Below, in pieces: positions 17,327 through 24,409 of a DNA stretch of 29,236 nt. The stretch comes from a virus (taxonomy: Duplodnaviria; Caudoviricetes), in IMG/VR virus record IMGVR_UViG_3300012942_000108, positions 1-29,236 of that record; one strand, 5' to 3'. A program made the position numbers and the translations under genes. The notes beneath the pieces are model-generated. The model saw nothing but the letters and a program-made list of their open reading frames with translations, ran no database searches and was not told where the DNA came from. Positions within the stretch are counted from its first letter, which is position 1; every line of letters starts with the position of its first letter.

Positions 17327-17533
17327 TCAGTGGAGGGATTTCAACGTCTTGGCGAGGGCCGCTCTACGACGCAAAGTCGGGTTGTCGGAGTGGGCAGCCT
17401 TCTCCAACTTCTTGGCGGGGATTTTCTCCCCTTCTGGCACATGAAGCGCTTTATGAAGAGCGCCAGGGTGTTTTATGGCCCCCTGAATCCATTTGTGCGT
17501 AGCGCCGCCGCGAGAATATCCGTAGCCGTCAGG
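17327..17533 (-). CDS. Start-less in-frame extension after UAG (basic KWIQGAIKHPGALH domain)
   Basis: 68 sense codons plus TGA directly after TAG 17534-17536: PDGYGYSRGGATHKWIQGAIKHPGALHKALHVPEGEKIPAKKLEKAAHSDNPTLRRRAALAKTLKSLH; no ATG/GTG/TTG before KWIQ. Confidence 0.7.
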   Translation of the reverse strand, partial: PDGYGYSRGGATHKWIQGAIKHPGALHKALHVPEGEKIPAKKLEKAAHSDNPTLRRRAALAKTLKSLH

Positions 17534-17860
17534 CTAGTCTTCCTCATCGTCTTCGGTCTTGTGCCCCATAGCCTGCTTCTCGCGATTGGCCGTGGAAAGG
17601 GGCTTCAGATCGGCGCCAACAGCTCCGCCGCGCTTGCGGCCTGGGCGGTCCAGACGATGCTTCGGATGCTTGCCTTCGACCTCGCCGCCGTGTTTCTTCT
17701 TCTTGACGCGGCCGCCGTGCTTGCGCTCCTCGGCTTCCTTCTCGACATTGGAGCCAGCGCCCTCATAGGTGACTTCACCACCCTTGGCCCGGCGCTTCAC
17801 ATGACCGCCGTGCTTGCGGTGTTCCTTGTGTTCCTCATGGACTTCATGACGATGACGCAT
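17534..17860 (-). CDS. Highly basic His/Lys-rich GG-repeat protein
   Basis: Strong AAGGAGG RBS; five [RK]xxGGxV units. Confidence 0.85.
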   Translation of the reverse strand: MRHRHEVHEEHKEHRKHGGHVKRRAKGGEVTYEGAGSNVEKEAEERKHGGRVKKKKHGGEVEGKHPKHRLDRPGRKRGGAVGADLKPLSTANREKQAMGHKTEDDEED

Positions 17861-17880
17861 TTCAGTAGCCTCCTTTGGGC

Positions 17881-18780
17881 TTAACCAGCGTATTGCGTGA
17901 CTCCGGTAAGCCCGGTAGCCGATCCGACATTTGCGACAGAGGGAGTGATGAAAATCTGCAACCGCTTTGTCCCATCGGATGCAGACTGGACGGCGTAAGT
18001 GCCTCTCACGTCGCCGCTAGTGGCCGTGGCAGGAGATGTGGTGTCCGCCGCCGTAAAGCCAGTGGTTGAAGTAATCAGGGCGTTGTTCCAGTAGATTTCC
18101 ACATACCCCCAGGTATCGACCCGAAGCGGAAACCCGTAGACATCGCCCGTCCCAACAGTCACGGCATCGCCAGCAAGCGTGCCAGCGGGCGTGATGGAAG
18201 CGATATACTTGAACGCCTTCTTACCGGAAGCCGCCGCCGCATCTGCCCCCGTGATCGTCTCTGTCATTGGGTAGAAATATTCATCATACCCACGGACAGT
18301 GAACGTCGCGCCGCTATCATCGCCAGCAGAAGTGATGCGAACATTACGGGCAACGCCAGTGGCAGGATTCCAAGCCGCGACCTCGGGCAGCGTAGCGCCG
18401 AAAGTGGCTGGGACCATCGGGCCATCAATCGCCAGGAGGCCAGTAACGGTTTGACCCGTAGCTGAATTGACGATGGAAGCACCCGCCGTGATGCCCGCAC
18501 CAGTCGTAGATACGAGCGTCAGGGGGGTTCCGGCAGTAGGCGTCTGCGATGCAGCGATGTTATTCGCTTCAATCGTAGACGGCACTTCATCCACAACCGG
18601 GATGCGCGTGGTGCCATACCAACCGCGCTTTAACTGCGCAGCGTCCGGGTTTACGGCAAATCGTGAATCCATCAGCATCACGCCGTCAATGAACACACTT
18701 GGCGCAATTGACGGATTGGAATCCGCCGAACTAGCCTGACCAAATACGACCAGAGGGCCGGTGAAGTCCGAGGTGGGCAT
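17881..18780 (-). CDS. Putative virion structural protein
   Basis: 299 aa T/A/G-rich; ARNVRITS, G.KAFKYI, ATATSGDVRGTY motifs. Confidence 0.75.
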   Translation of the reverse strand: MPTSDFTGPLVVFGQASSADSNPSIAPSVFIDGVMLMDSRFAVNPDAAQLKRGWYGTTRIPVVDEVPSTIEANNIAASQTPTAGTPLTLVSTTGAGITAGASIVNSATGQTVTGLLAIDGPMVPATFGATLPEVAAWNPATGVARNVRITSAGDDSGATFTVRGYDEYFYPMTETITGADAAAASGKKAFKYIASITPAGTLAGDAVTVGTGDVYGFPLRVDTWGYVEIYWNNALITSTTGFTAADTTSPATATSGDVRGTYAVQSASDGTKRLQIFITPSVANVGSATGLTGVTQYAG

Positions 18781-19463
18781 TATGCCGCCTTTCCTTTAGC
18801 GCAAATTGTAGAATTGGCCTTTTCCAGATAATCAGCGGCGCGGCGCAGAATGTCTGGATTATCGCGGCCATGTCCCAGCATGTGATTGCAGGAAGCGCAT
18901 AGAAGTCCACGAACGGCCTTACTATCGTGGCAATGATCGACGCTTAGCCACTTTTTTTCACCCCACGGTGAATTCGCCGTTTCTGGCTGTTCGCAGATAG
19001 CGCATACACCACGCTGCTCCAAAAACATGCGCTGATAGTCTTCGGTCGAAATTCCGTAGTAACGCTTGAATCCATAGCCACGATAGATTTCTGGATTCGC
19101 TAATCGCTGGGCCTTCCGATACGCAGAGCGACCATCCTTGGTGCTGAGATCATGGTCGCCAACTACGGTCTTGAACTCGTAGAGATTATCAATGCGAAGA
19201 TTAGCTGGATTGCCATCCTTCACGCCGACTTCTCCCTTGGCCCAAGTGCCATAATGGTAAAGCCACGCGAGCTGGCTTCCGAGATATTGGCGACTATCAA
19301 TACCAATATACAGGTAGCCCTTTCCTTTGCGGCCACCAGCTTGATCGCCTGGATGCTTCCGGCTGTTACGAACAGGCCGAACTTTCCAAGTAAAAATGCC
19401 GGTTTCGGGATCGTAGTGGAGGACCTCTTTGAGGCGCTCAAGTGTGAGTGAATCGTATTTCAT
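18780..19463 (-). CDS. Freestanding homing endonuclease-like protein: degenerate HNH domain fused to endonuclease VII domain
   Basis: Likely start ATG 19463; LHYDPETGIFTW N-terminus; C-terminal YGISTEDY...CAIC...VDHCH...RGLLCASCN. Confidence 0.85.
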   Translation of the reverse strand: MKYDSLTLERLKEVLHYDPETGIFTWKVRPVRNSRKHPGDQAGGRKGKGYLYIGIDSRQYLGSQLAWLYHYGTWAKGEVGVKDGNPANLRIDNLYEFKTVVGDHDLSTKDGRSAYRKAQRLANPEIYRGYGFKRYYGISTEDYQRMFLEQRGVCAICEQPETANSPWGEKKWLSVDHCHDSKAVRGLLCASCNHMLGHGRDNPDILRRAADYLEKANSTICAKGKAA

Positions 19464-19547
19464 GGCGGCTTCCGGTTTGGATGCCGTCTCAAGATACACG
19501 ATGTTATCTGTCACTGAAAGCACTTCGTATCTTCCACTAAGTATCTG

Positions 19548-20474
19548 TTACGATGTAGGAAAGCTGCCATATATGGCACGCCAGTCATAGTAACCGAAAC
19601 TATATCTTTCATATCCCTTGACAAGAAGATTGTCCGTAATGAAGTCCACCTGCATGTCAACTTCGAACGGCTTGCGGACTAGATGGATCAGACCTTCGTT
19701 CTGGGTCAGCAGGAACCACGAATACAGCGAGGTCAGATAGTCGTTGACCATGTATCCTTCAGGCAGTCCGCCAGCCGTCATCAGGATCGCGTTGACATCG
19801 TTGTTCGACGTGCCGGGACGCAGTTCCGATTTGGTCAGCCGGATCGCAATCGGCTCCAGCGCAGGAGGAACGACCAGCTTGCGAGCGCGGCCCAAAATCT
19901 TGAGCCCGCGGTTGTCGCGCCAGTTCTGACGGACCGAAATCATGGCATTGAGCAAGGAACCCTCGCCCAAGTCCTGATCCACCGCAGGCCGATTGGCGAT
20001 GGTGATGCCGTTGCCAGGCATGACCGGATGCGCCGTCGAGCAAAGCGCCTGACCGTCGCCGCCAGTGATCGAAGCACCTACCACTGTAGCGTTATTCAGC
20101 ACTGAAGCGGCGTTGATCTCCTTGAACTGGTTGAACGAGAACGCCAGACCAAGGTTCGACGGCTGGAACTGGGTCTTGTACAGGTTATCGTCAATCGCCT
20201 TGCGGGTGATCGCGTAACCAAGACCCACTTCAATATGCGTCATATTGGTGGCGTAGAACTCACCGGCGTTGTTATCGAACGCCGTAGGACCACCTTCGGT
20301 CTTCAACTGCGCCAGAGGCAGATAGGCCATCGAAGACCAGCGCTCCTGCGCCATGTTCGAGTCGGCCTTTTTGAAGATCTTGTCGTATTCCTTCTCGATC
20401 TCATCGTACTTGCCGGGCAGACCAGCAAGGCCGGGGAGCAGAAGGTCGCGGATTGAACCAAGTGCGATAGCCAT
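19548..20474 (-). CDS. Major capsid protein (HK97 fold)
   Basis: 308 aa; LLPGL, K.EG, ITRKAIDDNLY, GDGQALCSTAHP, LVVPPAL, ERYSFG..DWR; GGAG RBS. Confidence 0.9.
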   Translation of the reverse strand: MAIALGSIRDLLLPGLAGLPGKYDEIEKEYDKIFKKADSNMAQERWSSMAYLPLAQLKTEGGPTAFDNNAGEFYATNMTHIEVGLGYAITRKAIDDNLYKTQFQPSNLGLAFSFNQFKEINAASVLNNATVVGASITGGDGQALCSTAHPVMPGNGITIANRPAVDQDLGEGSLLNAMISVRQNWRDNRGLKILGRARKLVVPPALEPIAIRLTKSELRPGTSNNDVNAILMTAGGLPEGYMVNDYLTSLYSWFLLTQNEGLIHLVRKPFEVDMQVDFITDNLLVKGYERYSFGYYDWRAIYGSFPTS

Positions 20475-20486
20475 CTGTTATCTCCC

Positions 20487-21095
20487 TTAGATGCCGGTCA
20501 GAGTTTTGAGGGCCTGGCTATTGAAGGTCACGAGCACCTGGTTGTAGGCGGTCGTGTCATCAATGCCGTTGATTGCCCCGACATCCGATGCCGGATACTG
20601 ACTGGAGGTGAGATTCCAGACGCGGAACGGAAGGGTTGCGGTCGTAGCGGACGTGGACGTGTCCAGCGTCATGCCACTGGTCTGCGTCAGCGTATTACCT
20701 GCTGTCGCCGCAGACAGATCGCAATTGGAGCCGATCATTGCGGGAGTAGCCGGTCCCAACGTGGCCTGCACGTTGAACAGCGCATAAGGATCGGTGATGA
20801 TCCAGGCCGACACATCGCCAGCAGCATCAGCGCCGGGATAGTAATTCGACCACACAACGCGTTGGAGAGAGACAGAAACGTATTCGAACTGATCGAACAC
20901 GCCGAGAATCTGCGTCAGGCCAGCAGCGGCAACGTCCACATAGCCAGTACCAAGGTCCTTGGCTACGTCACCCTTGAAAATCTGGTGCGTATTGCTGTTG
21001 CTGATAAGCCGCTTGGTTCTGGCGAAATCGGCGGCAGGCGCACCTGGCACGCGTCCGATGACCGAGAAACCAAACGGCGAATTGTTATTCGCCAT
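20487..21095 (-). CDS. Putative head decoration/capsid-associated protein
   Basis: MANNNSPFGF start, IFKGD, DP..LF.VQ; immediately upstream of the capsid gene. Confidence 0.65.
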   Translation of the reverse strand: MANNNSPFGFSVIGRVPGAPAADFARTKRLISNSNTHQIFKGDVAKDLGTGYVDVAAAGLTQILGVFDQFEYVSVSLQRVVWSNYYPGADAAGDVSAWIITDPYALFNVQATLGPATPAMIGSNCDLSAATAGNTLTQTSGMTLDTSTSATTATLPFRVWNLTSSQYPASDVGAINGIDDTTAYNQVLVTFNSQALKTLTGI

Positions 21096-21191
21096 TTTGG
21101 GCTCCGTTTGGTCATTCGCAGACAGCGTGCCTGTGAATTATCCTGATTTGGAACCGGGCGACGCAGCGCGCTCGCCCCTGATTTGAACCCC

Positions 21192-21220
21192 ACCATAAGG
21201 GGTGTTGTTTGTGCCGTCAA
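21192..21220 (-). promoter_or_regulatory. Sigma70-type promoter for capsid genes
   Basis: TTGACG-N17-TATGGT about 100 nt upstream of ATG 21095. Confidence 0.65.
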
Positions 21221-21248
21221 GTGTCGTCAGCACAAATTATTGGGCCCG

Positions 21249-21791
21249 TCAACCATCAATCGTCATTGGCCCCTTGGAGACGTTCACATTGAGGACACGG
21301 CGATCCATCTGGCCGCTAGGTGTCTCCCCGACCTTCTGGACATTCATCCGCATGGCTTCGGAGGCCGCCACGCGATCCTCTGCCCGCGCTTCCTGGGTCA
21401 GATGCTTGGGACGCTCCATCAGGATCATGCCTTCATGGATGATGCAGTCACCCACCTTGGGAAGTGCCGGATGACGGTCAGCCGGAACAGGCGTCCAACC
21501 ATTTTCCTGATAAATAACAAGGCTTTGCGTTTCTTCCTTGCCCCAGAGCGAGTAGCGTTTCCATTCGTAGGACGCATCTGGTGGCACTTCATGCTTGACC
21601 ATATCGAAGTAATCGACATGACCCTTGATATTGCGGGAGCGGTTGGCCCAATCGGCATCACGCTGAACGCCGCGGCTACGGGGCGCAACGCTAGGCTGGG
21701 GCGCGCTCACTGAGGCAACACCCTCCTGCTCGGTCACAGGGGCGGCACGGCGCGCAGCGGCGGCGGCTCGGTCATAAACACCACGAGGCAT
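21249..21791 (-). CDS. Hypothetical phage head-module protein
   Basis: 180 aa; YEWKR...GWTPVPADRHP...GMILMERP; GGAG RBS; between scaffold and capsid genes. Confidence 0.75.
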   Translation of the reverse strand: MPRGVYDRAAAAARRAAPVTEQEGVASVSAPQPSVAPRSRGVQRDADWANRSRNIKGHVDYFDMVKHEVPPDASYEWKRYSLWGKEETQSLVIYQENGWTPVPADRHPALPKVGDCIIHEGMILMERPKHLTQEARAEDRVAASEAMRMNVQKVGETPSGQMDRRVLNVNVSKGPMTIDG

Positions 21792-21801
21792 CGGAATCTC
21801 C

Positions 21802-22839
21802 TTAGTTCACGTAATTGACGTTGGTGGGGTCGAGGCGCCCTTCCTCGACCAGCTTGACAAGCTGGCGGGCGTAATCGGCATCGGACATGCCGTTGTCCTT
21901 GGCGGCCTCCCGCTGGGCAGGTGTCAGGCGGATTTTACTGGTCTTGCGCTGGCCGTTCGCCGGCATGGCTGATCCTTCGCGGGAGGGTGGGGCTGCATAG
22001 GTGGGCGCTCGGCGCTGCTGCTGCGCAGGCTGAGACGGCTGGCGCGCAGGCGGCTGATGATCGACCTCAACATCGCCATTCGGAGCAGCTTTCTGGGAAT
22101 AGCCCAATTCCTGCTCAATGAAGGTGTAAAATTCGTCCGTCTGGGCCGGAATATCCTCGGCATTGGCGCGGAGGACGGCCGCCTGAAGGAGCTTGTACTT
22201 CTTGGGATCGGTCACGGCTTCACGATGCGAGCGCAGCCATGCCTCATCCTTGGGTGGAAAACGATTCTGGGATAGGAAGTTCTCGAACGGATCAGCGTTC
22301 TGAATCTGTGGCGCCGCTTCGTCCTTCGGATCAATCTTCGCAGCCTCAAGAGCGTTCTTTCCGGCTTCCAACTGTCGCTTGTCTGCCGCCAGTTCGGAAA
22401 TCCGTACCTGAATCTCGGCAACCTTATTGAAGTCCTGCTCAGAATAGGCCGCAGCAAGATCGCGCTGGGCCTGCGAAATCTGAGTGACTGTCGAATCCAG
22501 GGCATTTGATACAGATGCAAACTCGGCTTCATGTGCCTTGGAGCGGAATTGTTTGGCCTCATGACGGGCCCTTTCAGCATCGGCATTGGCAGTCGAAGCC
22601 GCGCGTTCTGCCGCTTCACGCCGCGTCTTTTCTGCTTCAAGTTGGCCCTTGAGTTCGGCTACGGCTGCATCAACGTCATCGTCACCATCCGCTGGCGGGG
22701 TAGCTGCTGCTGCAACATCAGATGGCGCATCTGGCGCGTCATCCGTTACAACCTCAATATCCGGCAGATCGTCCGGCTTGGGACTGTCCTTAATGAGATC
22801 ATCGTCGGGCTGCTTTGCAGCCGCAGCGGCTTTAGGCAT
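21802..22839 (-). CDS. Putative capsid scaffolding protein
   Basis: Acidic disordered N-terminus, long coiled coil, C-terminal LTPAQREAAKDNGMSDADYA helix-turn-helix; AGGAG RBS. Confidence 0.75.
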   Translation of the reverse strand: MPKAAAAAKQPDDDLIKDSPKPDDLPDIEVVTDDAPDAPSDVAAAATPPADGDDDVDAAVAELKGQLEAEKTRREAAERAASTANADAERARHEAKQFRSKAHEAEFASVSNALDSTVTQISQAQRDLAAAYSEQDFNKVAEIQVRISELAADKRQLEAGKNALEAAKIDPKDEAAPQIQNADPFENFLSQNRFPPKDEAWLRSHREAVTDPKKYKLLQAAVLRANAEDIPAQTDEFYTFIEQELGYSQKAAPNGDVEVDHQPPARQPSQPAQQQRRAPTYAAPPSREGSAMPANGQRKTSKIRLTPAQREAAKDNGMSDADYARQLVKLVEEGRLDPTNVNYVN

Positions 22840-22847
22840 ATAGGCTC

Positions 22848-23081
22848 CTACTGGTTGAGAGCGCGGCGCAGAAAGTCCGCATTGGTCTTGGAGATAAAGC
22901 AGCGGCCAGGATCGACGGCAGACAGTTTCGTCAATTCCGCCTGAGCCAGCGGTTTGAATGTCGGATCAGCGGCGACAGCATTGGTGAATGATTTGAGAAC
23001 GTCATCCACACTCCCCTTCCCCATCGCCGTTGCCTGATAGGCAAGCCGCAAGAGGCTATTGAGCGTATCCTGCGCAGCCAT
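22848..23081 (-). CDS. Hypothetical protein
   Basis: Start moved to ATG 23081 (TGATG overlap), 77 aa. Confidence 0.6.
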   Translation of the reverse strand: MAAQDTLNSLLRLAYQATAMGKGSVDDVLKSFTNAVAADPTFKPLAQAELTKLSAVDPGRCFISKTNADFLRRALNQ

Positions 23082-23494
23082 CAGAACGCCGCATCCGGTC
23101 CAGGCACCGTGATCTGCACATGCCGATCTTCCACGATCCGGCAAAGCTGGTTGCCGATCTTGATGCTCCAACCATCATTGGGACGAATGGCAACCCAATC
23201 GCCTTCCTTCACGTCATCGCCATGAAAGACATTCACAGCGTCATCCACAAAGGCGGATGGTCCTTTCTTGAGGACGAGGCAGACCTTGCCCTGAAACTGA
23301 TCTTCGGAGCGCGAGCCAATGTCTGGCAGATAGAAGTCCTGGCCGCCCAATTTCATCTTCTCGGGCCGCTCATAGACGGCTAGGAGCAAACGCGGGCCGT
23401 GCAAATCATAGCCTGAAAGGTCGCCTGCGCTGTCCCGCAAAACCTGCGCAGCGTCCTTTTCATGCACAACCTTGAAAACGGCGTTACCAGTCAC
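23081..23494 (-). CDS. GroES/Cpn10-like co-chaperonin
   Basis: LHGPRLLL...GGQDFYLPD...VLKKGP...VKEGDWV...IKIGNQLCRIVEDRHV matches GroES strand and mobile-loop layout. Confidence 0.8.
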   Translation of the reverse strand: MTGNAVFKVVHEKDAAQVLRDSAGDLSGYDLHGPRLLLAVYERPEKMKLGGQDFYLPDIGSRSEDQFQGKVCLVLKKGPSAFVDDAVNVFHGDDVKEGDWVAIRPNDGWSIKIGNQLCRIVEDRHVQITVPGPDAAF

Positions 23495-23685
23495 GATTCT
23501 GCGATCTCCTGTTTGACTTCATCCATCCAGCGTTCAACGTCGAATAGCGCGATATTCCGCGCCACTGCGGCGTAGTAGAACGGCAGATCGGCATACTGAC
23601 CTGTCATGGTCTGTATGTTCTGCTGCCGCGCTTCAGCCAGCTTCTGCGCCAGCCGATTGTATAGGCGGCTTTCGTAGCCGTTCAT
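23491..23685 (-). CDS. Hypothetical protein
   Basis: 64 aa two-helix protein with 4-nt overlaps on both sides. Confidence 0.75.
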   Translation of the reverse strand: MNGYESRLYNRLAQKLAEARQQNIQTMTGQYADLPFYYAAVARNIALFDVERWMDEVKQEIAES

Positions 23686-24218
23686 GATTTCTTTCGACCC
23701 TTGGCTTCCTTGGCGAACTTGTTGCCATATGCCTTGATCTTCTCCTCTCGCCCTTCACCACTGCCAGCGCCAGCCTCGTATTCTTTTCCAACGACACCGC
23801 CGCGCTTGCGCATCATCGGCATAGGCGCACCAGCAGCGGCGCCAGGCGGGATAGCGCCACCAGGAACAGGTGCACCACCCATCGGCGGACGCTGCGGCAC
23901 AGGAACAGGCATCGGTGCAGGCGCGGGCGCGGGGCCATGACCGCCAGCCACAACCACGTTCACCGTGGTCTTGGCATGGCCCTTTCCCTTATGGCTGCGG
24001 GAAGGCTTGTCGAGACGCCCACCAGCGGCAAATCCGGGAACAGCGCCACCAGACTTGAACTTCAGCTTGGTCTTGGCACCCCCATGAAGCTGCTTGTCGT
24101 GCTCTGTGAAAGCCTTTTTTATCTTACCTTCGACTTCGCCAAGTGTGACGCCTTTGCCGCCAATGCGGTGCAAGCGGGATTCTTTGTTGGCTTCGTGATC
24201 CTTCTTATGCGGGTGCAT
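23682..24218 (-). CDS. Basic Pro-rich GG-repeat protein
   Basis: 178 aa; FKSGGAV, FAAGGRL, RKRGGVV; AAGGAG RBS. Confidence 0.8.
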   Translation of the reverse strand: MHPHKKDHEANKESRLHRIGGKGVTLGEVEGKIKKAFTEHDKQLHGGAKTKLKFKSGGAVPGFAAGGRLDKPSRSHKGKGHAKTTVNVVVAGGHGPAPAPAPMPVPVPQRPPMGGAPVPGGAIPPGAAAGAPMPMMRKRGGVVGKEYEAGAGSGEGREEKIKAYGNKFAKEAKGRKKS

Positions 24219-24220
24219 AT

Positions 24221-24409
24221 TTACTCCTTGTCTGGACGAAATCCGATTGGATCGCGCCGCCTGTAAAGTGGGTTGCCATTGATGTCTAAAAGGCCAGTCG
24301 GTCTTTCTTCACCTTCGTAAACGGTGATTTGCTGCGGGACTGGATCAGGATGCCAGTCATCGCCAATCCACAAGGCACGCGGGCGAGAGACATATTCCGC
24401 CATGCTCAC
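24221..24409 (-). CDS. Hypothetical protein
   Basis: 62 aa; TGLLDINGNPLYR...PIGF; coupled to portal stop. Confidence 0.7.
   Translation of the reverse strand: MSMAEYVSRPRALWIGDDWHPDPVPQQITVYEGEERPTGLLDINGNPLYRRRDPIGFRPDKE

Noticed and set aside
18780-19547. Group I intron or intein hosting the endonuclease
   Set aside because: Capsid gene has a complete-looking C-terminus and stop, the next gene starts normally, and the 84-nt gap is too short for a ribozyme core
1314-22850. Genome-wide TAG reassignment (alternative genetic code)
   Set aside because: TAG ends genes at 1314, 1658 and 22848 with sensible downstream starts or terminator; long genes are intact in the standard code; the tRNA is Pro, not a suppressor
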